Assembly (NCBI GenBank): GCA_963665325.3
Contig: CAXXWS020000003.1
Location: 576,001 to 640,000 of the forward strand
Length of the DNA stretch: 64,000 nt
From: Alphaproteobacteria bacterium
GTDB lineage: Bacteria; Pseudomonadota; Alphaproteobacteria; Bin95
Direction: 5' to 3'
The notes below the pieces were generated by a model that was given only the letters and a program-made list of their open reading frames with translations, was not told the DNA's origin and ran no database searches. Positions 43,026 through 53,026 of this stretch are shown piece by piece (position 1 is the first letter of the stretch; every line of letters starts with the position of its first letter). The translations under genes and the position numbers were made by a program.

Positions 43026-43805
43026 TCAGAAGGTCCCGGGATAGAGGCCGCCGTCCATCAGCACGTTGTTGGCGGTCATGAAGCCGACATGCTCGCTGCA
43101 GAGGAAGGCGCAGACCTTGCCGAATTCCTCCGCCGTGCCGAAGCGCCCGGCCGGCGTGGCGGCCTTGCGCTGTTCGCGCGCCTCGGCCACGTCGATGCCA
43201 GCCTGTTGCGCTGCATGGACGATGCCGCTCTGCAGCCGGTCGGTGTCGAACGGCCCCGGCAGCAGGTTGTTGATCGCCACATTGCGGTCGATGACCTCAC
43301 GGCAGATTGTGTTGCAGAAACCGTGCAGCGCAAGGCGCGCCGCCGTCGAGAGCCCGAGATTGGGCACCGGCATCTTGGTCGATTGCGAGGTGATGTTGAC
43401 GATCCGCCCGAAGCCGCGCTCCGCCATGCCGTCCACCACGGCGGTAATCATCTCCGCATGGCCCAGAAGCTGGGCGTCCAGCGCCGCCTGCCAGCGCTCG
43501 CGGGTGTCGGTGCGGAAATTGCCGGGCGCCGGCCCGCCGGCATTGGTGACCAGTATGTCCGGGGCGGGGCAGGCGGCGAGAATGGCCTGGCGCGTCTCGG
43601 GGAGCGTGATGTCGCCGGCGATGGCCGTCACCTCGACGCCGGTCGCGTCCCGGATCTCGGCGGCGGTCGCCTCGAGCTCCGAGGCCGTGCGGGCATTGAT
43701 GACCAGATGCACGCCTTCCTCGGCGAGCGCCATGGCGCAGCCCTTGCCAAGTCCCTTGCTGGCGGCGCCGACGATGGCCCGCTTACCCGCGATTCCGAGA
43801 TCCAT
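43026..43805 (-). CDS. Short-chain dehydrogenase/reductase
   Basis: AASKGLG, DILVTNAGGP and LPGPFDTDR motifs. Confidence 0.92.
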   Translation of the reverse strand: MDLGIAGKRAIVGAASKGLGKGCAMALAEEGVHLVINARTASELEATAAEIRDATGVEVTAIAGDITLPETRQAILAACPAPDILVTNAGGPAPGNFRTDTRERWQAALDAQLLGHAEMITAVVDGMAERGFGRIVNITSQSTKMPVPNLGLSTAARLALHGFCNTICREVIDRNVAINNLLPGPFDTDRLQSGIVHAAQQAGIDVAEAREQRKAATPAGRFGTAEEFGKVCAFLCSEHVGFMTANNVLMDGGLYPGTF

Positions 43806-44499
43806 GAGTGTCGTCTCCCTGTTCGAATGCGCCCTCGGCAACCAGTTCCCGCACCAGGCCGGCGGTGATCCGGCGCCGGCCGGCGAGCGCCGCGCTGTCC
43901 AGAATATCTACCGCACGGCGCGCCGCAGCGAAACTGCGTTCGATCCGGCGCAGCAGCAGATCGAGGACGTCCTGGCCGATTTCGATCTGCCGGTCGGCGA
44001 ACTGCTTGGCGAGCACGGCTTCCAGCAGGCTGTCGTCGGGCGGGCGGATGGCGACAGCAGAACCGGTCGCGAGCCGCGAGGCGAGGTCGGGGGTCCGCAG
44101 GCGCCAGCGCGAGGGCGGCGCGGCCGCGGTCAGCAGCAGCGAGCCGCCCCGGCTGGCCAGCAGGTTGTAGAGATGCAGCAGGGCGAGTTCGTCCACAGCC
44201 TTGTCCGCCCCGTCTATGACGAGATGCTGCCGGCCGCCCAGAAGATTGACCGGATTGGCCCCCGCCAGCGCCGCAGGCGGCACCGGCACGGCGCCGCTCC
44301 GCGCCTGCCAGACATGCGCCAGATGCGTCTTGCCCGCCCCTGCCGGGCCCCAGACCGTCAGCGCCGGAGCCGGCCAGTCGGGCCAGCGGTCGATCCACGC
44401 CACCGCCTCGGCATTGCTGTCGGCCACCAGGAAATCCTCGGCGCCCATGGCCGTCCGGTGGCCGAGATGCAGCACAAGCTGTCGACTACGGGGCGTCAT
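43783..44499 (-). CDS. hdaA: DnaA regulatory inactivator Hda/HdaA
   Basis: QLVLHL clamp motif, GPAGAGKTHL and PDLASRL. Confidence 0.92.
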   Translation of the reverse strand: MTPRSRQLVLHLGHRTAMGAEDFLVADSNAEAVAWIDRWPDWPAPALTVWGPAGAGKTHLAHVWQARSGAVPVPPAALAGANPVNLLGGRQHLVIDGADKAVDELALLHLYNLLASRGGSLLLTAAAPPSRWRLRTPDLASRLATGSAVAIRPPDDSLLEAVLAKQFADRQIEIGQDVLDLLLRRIERSFAAARRAVDILDSAALAGRRRITAGLVRELVAEGAFEQGDDTHGSRNRG

Positions 44500-45550
44500 C
44501 GGAGCCATACAGGCGGCTCTCCCGGTATTGCTCAATGGCGAAGCGCGCCAGCACCCCGATGGACGCGGCCGCCGGCAGGGCGACCAGCATGCCGACGAAG
44601 CCCAGCAGCGAACCGCCGGCGAACAGCGCAAAGATCACCCAGACCGGATGCAGGCCGACCCGGTCGCCCACCAGCTTCGGGGTGAGGTAGTTGCCCTCGA
44701 TTGCCTGCCCGGCGACGAAGATCGCGGCAATCAGCGCGACCCGCCAGATCGCGTCGAACTGGTCGAAGGCGAGCCCGACGGAAATGAGCCCGCCCAGGAT
44801 GCTGCCGACATAGGGGATGAACGAGACCAGGCCCGAGAAGATGCCGACGATGAAGCCGAAATCGAGCCCGGCGAGCATCAGCAGGCCGCCATAGCCGAGG
44901 CCGAGCACGATGCAGACGGTGGCCTGGCCGCGCACGAAGCCTGCGAGCGTGGCGTCGATGCGCGCCGCCTGCTGGCGGATGACGGGCGCGCTGCGGCGCG
45001 GCAGCAGGTCGTCCACGGCGGAGACGATCCGGTCCCAGTCGCGCAGCAGGTAGAAGGCGACGACGGGCGTGACCACCAGCAGGCCGAGCAGGTTGACGAG
45101 CGCGAGCCCGCTGCCTAGCACGCGGCCGGCGATCTCTCCGGCCCATCCCGCCGCCGTTCCGAGATGCCCTGTCAGCGCCCGGCGGAGGCCTTCCATATCT
45201 TCCGGCGAGAACTCCGACTGCAGCCGCGCCATCACCCGGGTGACGATGCGCTCCAGGGTCTCCACATAGCCCGGCAGGTTGGCGATCAGCCCGCTGAGCT
45301 GGGCATTGACCACCGGCACGAGCAGCAGCAGCACGCCGAGGCTCGCCACCGCGAAGCCGACGAGCACCAGCACGGCCCCCGCCGTGCGCCCGACGCCCCG
45401 GCGCTCCAGCCGGTCCACCAGCGGGTCGAGGAAATAGGCGATGGCGATACCGACGAGGAACGGCAGCAGGATGTCCTGGAACAGCGCGAGAAAGAGCGCC
45501 GCCGCCAGCGCGACGGCGAGCCAGACGCCGGTTTGCCTCCCGGGACTCAC
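44486..45550 (-). CDS. AI-2E (PerM) family transporter
   Basis: ILLPF...AYFLDP, FYLLRDW, FIPYVG and GLHP motifs. Confidence 0.93.
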   Translation of the reverse strand: MSPGRQTGVWLAVALAAALFLALFQDILLPFLVGIAIAYFLDPLVDRLERRGVGRTAGAVLVLVGFAVASLGVLLLLVPVVNAQLSGLIANLPGYVETLERIVTRVMARLQSEFSPEDMEGLRRALTGHLGTAAGWAGEIAGRVLGSGLALVNLLGLLVVTPVVAFYLLRDWDRIVSAVDDLLPRRSAPVIRQQAARIDATLAGFVRGQATVCIVLGLGYGGLLMLAGLDFGFIVGIFSGLVSFIPYVGSILGGLISVGLAFDQFDAIWRVALIAAIFVAGQAIEGNYLTPKLVGDRVGLHPVWVIFALFAGGSLLGFVGMLVALPAAASIGVLARFAIEQYRESRLYGSDDAP

Positions 45551-46104
45551 GGTGTGTCGCCTCCTCGTTCCAGCCGCATCATGCCGCGCATCCAGATGAC
45601 AACATAGACCCCGCCCGACACGACGGTCGTCGCCGCGACAAGGGCATAGGCGGCCCCCTCCGCGAGCGGAACATGGAATTGCCAGGCCAGCATGGCGAGG
45701 ACCCCTGCGGCGAACGCAAGCTGCACGCAGGTGTTCAGCTTGCTGGTCCAGTGCGGGCGGACCGTCTGCGCGGACGGCACGAGTATCTGGCGCAACAGCC
45801 AGCCGGAAACAATCAGCACGTCGCGGAACACCACCAGGATCACCAGCCAGGCGGGCAGCAGGTCGCGCGCGCCCAGAGAAATGAAGACCGAGACCAGCAG
45901 CGCCTTGTCAGCGACGGGATCGAGCAGGCTGCCGAGGCGCGACACCTGTCCGAGCCGCCGGGCAAGCCAGCCGTCAACGGCGTCGGACAGGCCGGCGATC
46001 AGGAACAGCCAAAGCGCCGCCTCATACCAGCCCTGCACCACCAGCCAGACGGCCAGCGGCACCGCCAGCAGCCGGGCGAGCGTGATCGCGTTCGGCAGGT
46101 TCAT
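45547..46104 (-). CDS. CDP-alcohol phosphatidyltransferase family protein
   Basis: NLPNAITLAR and DAVDG.LAR...SRLGSLLDPVADK motifs. Confidence 0.93.
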   Translation of the reverse strand: MNLPNAITLARLLAVPLAVWLVVQGWYEAALWLFLIAGLSDAVDGWLARRLGQVSRLGSLLDPVADKALLVSVFISLGARDLLPAWLVILVVFRDVLIVSGWLLRQILVPSAQTVRPHWTSKLNTCVQLAFAAGVLAMLAWQFHVPLAEGAAYALVAATTVVSGGVYVVIWMRGMMRLERGGDTP

Positions 46105-46122
46105 CGCCCGGCTGCGCCAGCC

Positions 46123-47367
46123 TCAGCGGTCGAGCGGACGGAGCGTCCAGCCATTGCCGTCGGCCCGTTCGAGTGTGAGGCCCTGGCGTTCCAGCACACT
46201 GCGCAGGCGTTCCGCGCCGCCCGCGAACCGGAACCGGAAGGTCGCCCGGCTGCGGGCGAGTTCCGCCAACCGAACGTCCCGGACACCGCCGGCCGCGGCC
46301 AGCGCTTCCTTCATCGCGATGAGGCTGGCAAGCCCGACGAGCGGCGCCGTCGCCTCGAACGGCTCGTCGGGCGTGCCCGCCGCGACCAGATTGGCCCGCT
46401 TCCAGCTTTCCTGGATCTGCGCCGCCGCCTCTGCCGCAGCGCGCGCGCATAGGCTCTCGACCGTTTCCCCGGCACGGCCTTCGACGCGCAGCGTTTCGGC
46501 CGCCGCAGCTTCGCCCGCCCCGAAACGCCTGAGCGTCACCTCCAGCACCGGCCGGGTGCGCTGGCCCTCCAGGCGATAGACGGCATGGGCGACCAGCGCG
46601 CGCCGGGCGCCGATGCGGGCGGCGGCCTGCAACAAGCGGGCGCGGTCGCCGTCCGCCGCGTTGTCCGCCGCGGGCATGGCGGAGTCGCCGGCCGCCGGCA
46701 GCGCCAGCGGCACCGGGTCGTTCGCCGCCGGCCGGCGTGCCCAGGCCGCGCGCCAGGGGTTGGCGTCCTCGAACAGGAGGCGGAGCGCACCCCAGTCATA
46801 GACGGGGAAGAGCGCCACGGGCCCGCTCACCGCCTCCGAGAACGGGATGCCGGCTTCGCGCAGCAGCGCGCGCACCGGCTCCGGATGGAAGCCGACCGAG
46901 ACGCGTGCGATGTAACGCACCGGCGACTGGCGCTCCTCCAGTACCTGCACCGTGCGCATCGCCGCCGCCGCGACCTCGGGTTCCGGGTCCGGCAGGCGTT
47001 CATGATCCTTGCGAAGCGTCAGGCGGCGAAGCAGCGCATCCAGGGCTGTCGCGCGGGCATCGGCCATAGCGGCCTGCTTCGCCTCGGCGGCGGAAGGCGC
47101 CGACTCGTCCACGGAAATGCCCTGCACCGTATAGAGATCGACCTTTGCGGCAGCCGGCCCGCCCGGCAGCAGTACCGGGAGCGTTGCGAGGAACACCGCT
47201 GCCGCGCGCAACACGGCGGGTCGCGGAGATGGCGGCGTTGGCGCCGCTGCCGCGCGCAACGCGGCGGATCGCGGAGATGGCGGCGTTGGCGCCGCTGCCG
47301 CGCGCAACGCGGCGGATCGTGGGGAAGGCGGCGTTGGTGCCGCCGCCGGCCCGAAAAACGCTCGCAT
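46123..47367 (-). CDS. DUF2066 family periplasmic protein
   Basis: [15 protein letters not shown] and NPWRAAW; conserved position divergent from purM. Confidence 0.78.
   Translation of the reverse strand: MRAFFGPAAAPTPPSPRSAALRAAAAPTPPSPRSAALRAAAAPTPPSPRPAVLRAAAVFLATLPVLLPGGPAAAKVDLYTVQGISVDESAPSAAEAKQAAMADARATALDALLRRLTLRKDHERLPDPEPEVAAAAMRTVQVLEERQSPVRYIARVSVGFHPEPVRALLREAGIPFSEAVSGPVALFPVYDWGALRLLFEDANPWRAAWARRPAANDPVPLALPAAGDSAMPAADNAADGDRARLLQAAARIGARRALVAHAVYRLEGQRTRPVLEVTLRRFGAGEAAAAETLRVEGRAGETVESLCARAAAEAAAQIQESWKRANLVAAGTPDEPFEATAPLVGLASLIAMKEALAAAGGVRDVRLAELARSRATFRFRFAGGAERLRSVLERQGLTLERADGNGWTLRPLDR
47196..47348. repeat. 48-bp tandem repeat, about 3 copies, in frame
   Basis: Units start at 47201, 47249 and 47297; encode [16 protein letters not shown] on the minus strand. 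Confidence 0.92.
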
Positions 47368-47424
47368 TGCGCCCCTTCGCCCGATGGATATTGTCTGCCC
47401 GGACTATACCGGCCCGGAGGGAAC

Positions 47425-48471
47425 ATGGCGAGCGCGGAACGCCCTACCTACAAGGCGGCCGGCGTCGATATCGACGCCGGCGACGCGCTGGTACGCCGCA
47501 TCGCGCCGGCAGCGGCGCGGACGGCGCGGCCGGGCGCCGACGCCGAGCTCGGCGGCTTCGGAGGCTTCTTCGACCTCCGTGCGGCCGGTTTCCGCGACCC
47601 GGTGCTGGTGGCGTCCACAGACGGGGTCGGCACCAAGCTGGAGATCGCCCAGGCGCTCGGGCGCCATCGAGGCGTGGGCATCGACCTCGTCGCGATGTGC
47701 GTCAACGACCTTGCCGCGCAGGGCGCGGAGCCGTTGTTCTTCCTCGACTATTTCGCAACCGGCGCGCTCGACGGCGAGGCGGCGGCGGAAGTGGTGGAGG
47801 GCATCGCGGAAGGTTGTGTCTCTGCCGGCTGCGCGCTCATCGGCGGCGAGACGGCGGAAATGCCCGGCTTCTATCCCGCCGGGCGCTACGATCTTGCAGG
47901 CTTCGCCGTCGGCGCAGTCGAGCGCGAGCGGACGGGCGGGCCCACCGCCCGGCCGGGAGACATCGTGCTGGGCCTCGCCTCGGACGGCCTGCATGCCAAC
48001 GGCTTCTCCCTCGTCCGCCGGATCGTCGAGGAGGAGGGCCTCGACCTTTCGGGGCCGTCGCCCTTCTCGGGAGGGATGCTCGGCGAGGCTCTGCTTGCGC
48101 CGACGCGAATCTATGTTCGCCCCGTGCTGGCTGCGCTGGCCGCAGGCGGCGTCCGGGCGCTCGCGCACATCACTGGTGGAGGCCTCGTCGAGAACCCGCC
48201 GCGCGGCCTGCCGCCCGGCCTCGCCGTGCGGATCGACTGCGCCGCCTGGCCGCTGCCGCCCGCCTTCGAGTGGCTTGCGGGCCATGTCGCGCCGGAAGAG
48301 CTCGCCCGCACCTTCAACTGCGGCATCGGCATGACCGCCGCCGTGCCGCCCGACCGCGCCGACGCGCTCATTGCGTGTTTCGAGGCGGCCGGCGAAACGG
48401 TGTTCCGCATCGGCGAGGTCGTGGAAGGCGAGGGCGTCGCCCTGGAGGGCCTCGAGGGTTGGCGGCGGTGA
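47425..48471 (+). CDS. purM: Phosphoribosylformylglycinamidine cyclo-ligase
   Basis: [23 protein letters not shown] and HITGGG motifs. Confidence 0.98.
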   Translation: MASAERPTYKAAGVDIDAGDALVRRIAPAAARTARPGADAELGGFGGFFDLRAAGFRDPVLVASTDGVGTKLEIAQALGRHRGVGIDLVAMCVNDLAAQGAEPLFFLDYFATGALDGEAAAEVVEGIAEGCVSAGCALIGGETAEMPGFYPAGRYDLAGFAVGAVERERTGGPTARPGDIVLGLASDGLHANGFSLVRRIVEEEGLDLSGPSPFSGGMLGEALLAPTRIYVRPVLAALAAGGVRALAHITGGGLVENPPRGLPPGLAVRIDCAAWPLPPAFEWLAGHVAPEELARTFNCGIGMTAAVPPDRADALIACFEAAGETVFRIGEVVEGEGVALEGLEGWRR

Positions 48472-49091
48472 GGGTCGGCGTGCTGCTGTCCGGCCGGGGC
48501 AGCAACCTCCAGGCGCTGCTGGACGCCGGCGCCGCCTCGTGGAAGGTCGCGCTCGCGGTCTCGAACGTGCCCGGTGCCCCCGGTCTCGCGCGCGCCGAAG
48601 CTGCCGGCGTGCCTGTCCGGACGGTGCCGCACCGGGATTTCGCCGACCGGGCGGCCTTCGAGGAGGCACTCGACGCGGAACTCCGGGCCGCGGACATCGA
48701 TCTGGTCGTGCTGGCGGGCTTCTTGCGCGTGCTGGGCCCCGAATTCGTGGCGCGCCGGCGCGACCGCCTGGTCAATATCCACCCTTCGCTGCTGCCGTCC
48801 TTCCGGGGCCTCGACACACATCGCCGCGCGCTGGAAGCCGGCGTGCGCTGGCACGGATGCACGGTGCATTTCGTGCGAGCCGAGCTCGACGCCGGTCCGA
48901 TCGTCCTCCAGGCGGCTGTGCCGGTGCGCCCGGACGATACGGAGGAGGCGCTGGCCGCCCGCGTGCTGGCACGCGAACACCAAGTGCTGCCGATGGCGGT
49001 CGGCTGGATCGCGGAGGGTCGGGTACGCGTCGAGAACGAGCGGGTCGTGGCGGTCGATTCGGGCCGCCCGCCGGTCAATCCGTCGCAGTGA
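48468..49091 (+). CDS. purN: Phosphoribosylglycinamide formyltransferase
   Basis: [15 protein letters not shown] and [14 protein letters not shown] motifs. Confidence 0.98.
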   Translation: MRVGVLLSGRGSNLQALLDAGAASWKVALAVSNVPGAPGLARAEAAGVPVRTVPHRDFADRAAFEEALDAELRAADIDLVVLAGFLRVLGPEFVARRRDRLVNIHPSLLPSFRGLDTHRRALEAGVRWHGCTVHFVRAELDAGPIVLQAAVPVRPDDTEEALAARVLAREHQVLPMAVGWIAEGRVRVENERVVAVDSGRPPVNPSQ

Positions 49092-49150
49092 GGGCAACAG
49101 GCGTCCGGCTATAGTGCCGCCGGCTTGTCTCACGCGGAGGTTGGCGTCCG

Positions 49151-49282
49151 ATGGCGGAATACAATGCGACGGCGGAAGAGGCGCGCCACCAGTATATCTG
49201 GGGCGGTTTCTGCAGGTTCCTCGGCTGGTCGACCGGCGGGGTGATCCTCCTGCTGGTCATCCTGGCGGCGACACTGTTGTAA
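49151..49282 (+). CDS. Small membrane protein, aa3-type cytochrome c oxidase subunit IV-like (43 aa)
   Basis: MAEYNATAEEARHQYIWGGFCRFLGWSTGGVILLLVILAATLL; GGAGG upstream; below the ORF-track length cutoff. Confidence 0.7.
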   Translation: MAEYNATAEEARHQYIWGGFCRFLGWSTGGVILLLVILAATLL

Positions 49283-49297
49283 CGGAGGCGCGAAGCG

Positions 49298-49483
49298 ATG
49301 GCCGGTGACAAGGTGACCGTCGAGGTCGAACTGAACCCCGACATGCTCACGCTGCTGGACGATGCGGTGAAGGACTACCGGCTGGCGGACCGCGGCAAGG
49401 CGCTGCGCTGCCTGCTGGACTGGCTGGCCGTGGACGGCGACCGCGACCAGGTGTTCAAGAAGATCCGCTGCCGGCGCTGCTGA
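49298..49483 (+). CDS. Small hypothetical protein, ribbon-helix-helix-like with C-terminal CxxC
   Basis: GGAGG SD, host-like codon usage, ends RCRRC. Confidence 0.7.
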   Translation: MAGDKVTVEVELNPDMLTLLDDAVKDYRLADRGKALRCLLDWLAVDGDRDQVFKKIRCRRC

Positions 49484-50213
49484 GCGCCCACGCGACAGCT
49501 TCTTCGACACCGGAAACGCACGGGCCCGGCTCCGGCGGCGGGCGCCGGATCATCACCACGGGCATATCCCGCTCGCGCGCAGCCGTAATCTTGGCTTCGG
49601 TGGCGGCCCCTCCGGAAGCGCGCGTCACCAGCGTCCCGATTCCGTAATCGTCGAACAGCCTGCGCTCGGCCGCGAGGTCGAACGGGCCGCGCGCCAGCAC
49701 CACTGCCGCGTTCGGCAGTGGCGAGGGGCCGGGGTCGATGCGGCGCAGCACGAAGCGGCGGTCCCCGAGACCGGCAAATACGTCGAGATCGCCGGGTCCG
49801 AGCGTCAGGAACACCGCATCCGGCAGACCGGCGAGGGCGCGGGCGGCTTCTTCGGCATCCGCCACGCAGAGCCAGCGGTCTCCCGGCTCCCGCCGCCACA
49901 TCTTCCGCACGACCGCGAGCCGGGGCACGCCGGTCCTCTCCGCCGCCTCGCGCGCATGGGCTGAGATGCGCGCGGCAAAAGGATGCGTCGCGTCGATCAG
50001 CCTTTCGATGCGCTCCTCCCGGAGATAGCGCGCAAGGCCGGCCGCGCCGCCGAAGCCGCCGGTCCGCACCTTGCCTGCAAGCGCCGCCGGGCGCCGCGTT
50101 CGCCCGGCGAGCGAACTCGTCACCGCGGCCTTCCCCTCCAGCGCGCGGGCAATCGCCGCCCCCTCGCCCGTCCCGCCCAGGATCAGCACGCGGGGCCTAG
50201 ACACCGGCCTCAC
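49455..50213 (-). CDS. cobK: Precorrin-6A/cobalt-precorrin-6A reductase
   Basis: LILGGT.EG, SLAGRT, GGFGG, IDATHPFA and RGPF motifs. Confidence 0.95.
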   Translation of the reverse strand: MRPVSRPRVLILGGTGEGAAIARALEGKAAVTSSLAGRTRRPAALAGKVRTGGFGGAAGLARYLREERIERLIDATHPFAARISAHAREAAERTGVPRLAVVRKMWRREPGDRWLCVADAEEAARALAGLPDAVFLTLGPGDLDVFAGLGDRRFVLRRIDPGPSPLPNAAVVLARGPFDLAAERRLFDDYGIGTLVTRASGGAATEAKITAARERDMPVVMIRRPPPEPGPCVSGVEEAVAWALSSAGSGSS

Positions 50214-51231
50214 CGACCACCCGGCCGCGGCGGTCGATCACGCGGACATCGACTTCCGTGCCGCCGGCGAGCACGGCGAGCGCCGTCTCGCGCGCCTGCT
50301 CGGCGATGCGCCGGGCAAGCGGCAGGCCACCTGCAAGTTCCAGCACCGCGCCCGCGCTCCGCGCCCCGCTCGCATCCGGCCCGCCGAGCGCCTTCAAGTC
50401 GGCCGCAAGGCGCGGGATATCGACGGCGGAGCGGTCGGAGTGCAGGTCCAGATGCCCGGCTGCGAGCTTGGAGAGCTTGCCGAAGCCGCCGGCGAGGCTG
50501 AGCCGCGCAACCGGACGCCGGCGAAGATATTTCAGGAGCGCGCCGGCGAAGTCGCCCATGTCGATCATGGCGTGTGCCGGCAAGCCGAGCAGCGCCTGCA
50601 GCGCCGCTTCCGAGCCGCGCCCGGTTGCCGCCCCAACATGCTCGAGGCCGGCGGCGCGCGCCACGTCCACGCCGCGATAGACCGCATGGATCCAGGCCGA
50701 GCAGGAATAGGGGATAACCACTCCTGTGGTGCCGAGCACCGAGAGCCCGCCCTCGATACCGAGGCGCGCATTGACGGTCTTCAGCGCCAGCGCCTCGCCG
50801 TTCTCGATGCCGACCTCGACCTCGATATCGGGGGCAAGCCCGTATTCGTCGGCGACCGTGCGGAGATTGTCGGCGACGATGGCGCGGGGGCCGGGATTGA
50901 TCGCGGGCTCGCCGACGGCGAGCGGCAGGCCCGGCAGGGTGACGGTGCCGACGCCCGGCCCCGCGCGGAACTTCACGCCCGCGCCCGGCGGCGCGGGGTG
51001 CAACCGGGCGCGTACGATGGCGCCGTGGGTGGCGTCGGGGTCGTCGCCTGCGTCTTTCTCCACGCCGACCCACTCCCCGGTCTCGGCGAGCGGGAAGGAG
51101 GCCTTGAGGCCGCGCGGCAGGTCGATGGACACCGGGTCCGGCAGGCGCCCGGTGACGCGGCGCTCGAAGGCGGCGCGCGCCGCCGCCGCTGCGCAGGCCC
51201 CCGTCGTCCAGCCGCGTCGAAGCTCTGCCAT
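50197..51231 (-). CDS. cbiD: Cobalt-precorrin-5B C1-methyltransferase
   Basis: LRRGWTTGACA, KDAGDDPD.THG and GGLSVLGTTG motifs. Confidence 0.96.
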   Translation of the reverse strand: MAELRRGWTTGACAAAAARAAFERRVTGRLPDPVSIDLPRGLKASFPLAETGEWVGVEKDAGDDPDATHGAIVRARLHPAPPGAGVKFRAGPGVGTVTLPGLPLAVGEPAINPGPRAIVADNLRTVADEYGLAPDIEVEVGIENGEALALKTVNARLGIEGGLSVLGTTGVVIPYSCSAWIHAVYRGVDVARAAGLEHVGAATGRGSEAALQALLGLPAHAMIDMGDFAGALLKYLRRRPVARLSLAGGFGKLSKLAAGHLDLHSDRSAVDIPRLAADLKALGGPDASGARSAGAVLELAGGLPLARRIAEQARETALAVLAGGTEVDVRVIDRRGRVVGEAGV

Positions 51232-51285
51232 GCGTTCGGATTGTAGGCCCTTGCGGCTGGCAGGGAAGCGGACATAAACAGGGAC

Positions 51286-52101
51286 ATGACCGATACCATG
51301 CCGACCCTGCCCGAGAGCGAGGCGACCGGCCGCGCCGCCGCCCTCTATACCGACATAAGGGATGTCCTCGGCGTGCCGGTGGTGAACCTGATCTGGCGTC
51401 GCCTCGCCTTTTTCCCGGGCGCGCTGGAATGGGCGTGGAGCGCCGTCAGGCCGCTCTATGCGGGCGGCGCGGCCGATGCCGCAGCCGCTGCGATCCGGGC
51501 CCGTACGCCGCTGCCGGACCTGCCGCCCTGGCCCCGCGAAATGCTGCCGGCCATGGGTCTCGGCGGGGCGGAGACCGAGGCGATCCTGCGTATGCTGGCG
51601 AGCTACGACCGCGGCAACCGGCTGAACCTCGCCGCACTCGGCGCGCTGCTGCAGGCGCTCGAAGGCGCGCCCGCAGGCGGCTCCGCTCCGGCAGCCGGAG
51701 GCGGCGTGCGCGCGGCGGTCGAGGGCGAACTGCCGCCGATCCCCGCCATGGAGGCGCTTTCGCCGGAGGTCCGGGACCTGGTGCTCGCCCTGAACGGGCT
51801 CGGCAATAGCGGCGATACCGTCGTGGCGAGCCTCTACCGGCACCTGGCCTGGTGGCCGGGCTACCTGGCGCTCGCCTGGGTGCAGCTTGCCGCGCTCGAC
51901 CGGGACGGGCGGCTTGCGGCCACGATCGCCGCCGGCGCGGAGGCCGCGCGGGAGGCGTCCGCCGGGATCGTCGGGGGCCTCGACCTGCCGGCGGAGCCGC
52001 CGCCGGCCGCGGTCGGCGAGGCGGTGGGCCAGTTCGTGCGCGGCCCCATCGCCCGGATGACGCCGGTCTCCCTGCTGCTGCTGCGCCTCCTCGGGAAATG
52101 A
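51286..52101 (+). CDS. Hypothetical protein, DehI (group I haloacid dehalogenase)-like fold
   Basis: E.EATG....LY.DIR..LGVPVVNLIWR.LA..P..L.W.W, echoed by SLYRHLAWWPGYL..AW. Confidence 0.6.
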   Translation: MTDTMPTLPESEATGRAAALYTDIRDVLGVPVVNLIWRRLAFFPGALEWAWSAVRPLYAGGAADAAAAAIRARTPLPDLPPWPREMLPAMGLGGAETEAILRMLASYDRGNRLNLAALGALLQALEGAPAGGSAPAAGGGVRAAVEGELPPIPAMEALSPEVRDLVLALNGLGNSGDTVVASLYRHLAWWPGYLALAWVQLAALDRDGRLAATIAAGAEAAREASAGIVGGLDLPAEPPPAAVGEAVGQFVRGPIARMTPVSLLLLRLLGK

Positions 52102-52868
52102 GGCCGGAGCTGCCGAGGCTCGCGCCGGGCGAGGTCTGGCTCGTGGGCGCGGGCCCCGGCGACCCCGGCCTGCTGACCCTGCTCGCAGCTTGCGCGCTCG
52201 AAGACGCGGATGTGGTGGTGCATGACGCGCTGGTCGATCCGGGCGTGCTGGCGATGGCGCGGGCGGGCGCGCGCGTCGTTCATGCCGGCAAGCGCGGCGG
52301 GCGGCCCTCGCCCTGCCAGCCGGACATCTCCGCCCGGCTGGTGGCGGAGGCGAAGGCCGGCGCGCGCGTGCTGCGCCTCAAGGGCGGCGACCCGTTTGTG
52401 TTCGGGCGCGGCGGCGAGGAAGCGCTGGCGCTCGCGGCAGCGGGCGTGCCGTTCCGCATCGTGCCGGGCGTCACGGCCGGCATCGGCGGGCTCGCCTATG
52501 CCGGCATCCCGGCGACGCACCGCGACGCCAATTCCGCCGTCACCTTCGTCTCCGGCCACGCCTCGCCCGAGGAGAGCGGCCTGGACTGGGAGGCGCTCGC
52601 AAGAGGCTCGCCCGCGCTGGTCTTCTACATGGCGCTCCGGCGCATCGACGCCATCGCCGCGCGCCTCATGGCCCATGGCCGCCCGCCTGACGAGCCCGCC
52701 GCCATCGTCAGCCACGCCGCCACCCCCCGCCAGCGCGTCATCGAGACCACGCTCGCCGGTGTCGGCGCGGCGGCACAGGAGGCCGAGCCCCCCGCCGTCA
52801 TAGCGATAGGCCCCATAGCCGCTCTGCGCCCGCGCCTGGACTGGCTTGGGAAGCTGGGAGAAGGGTGA
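52098..52868 (+). CDS. cobA: Uroporphyrinogen-III C-methyltransferase
   Basis: LVGAGPGDPGLLT, RLKGGDPFVFGRGGEE and VPGVTA motifs. Confidence 0.96.
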   Translation: MRPELPRLAPGEVWLVGAGPGDPGLLTLLAACALEDADVVVHDALVDPGVLAMARAGARVVHAGKRGGRPSPCQPDISARLVAEAKAGARVLRLKGGDPFVFGRGGEEALALAAAGVPFRIVPGVTAGIGGLAYAGIPATHRDANSAVTFVSGHASPEESGLDWEALARGSPALVFYMALRRIDAIAARLMAHGRPPDEPAAIVSHAATPRQRVIETTLAGVGAAAQEAEPPAVIAIGPIAALRPRLDWLGKLGEG

Positions 52869-53026
52869 ACGGCATTCGGGTAGGAAGGGGTCCGCGGAAG
52901 CATGTATGACTACCGATTGGACAGGATGCCGGAATGACGGGACGCGCTCGCGGATCAGGAAACGGAAGCGCGCTTTCGCCCGGGCATGGACGGCGGGCTT
53001 TGCGCCGGGTGTGGGGAAGAAACGCC

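Noticed and set aside
47196-47348. Possible CRISPR array
   Set aside because: Head-to-tail 48-bp units with no unique spacers, in frame within a CDS.
49481-49483. TGA after CRRC as selenocysteine
   Set aside because: No recognisable SECIS, and the downstream sequence is the antisense of cobK.
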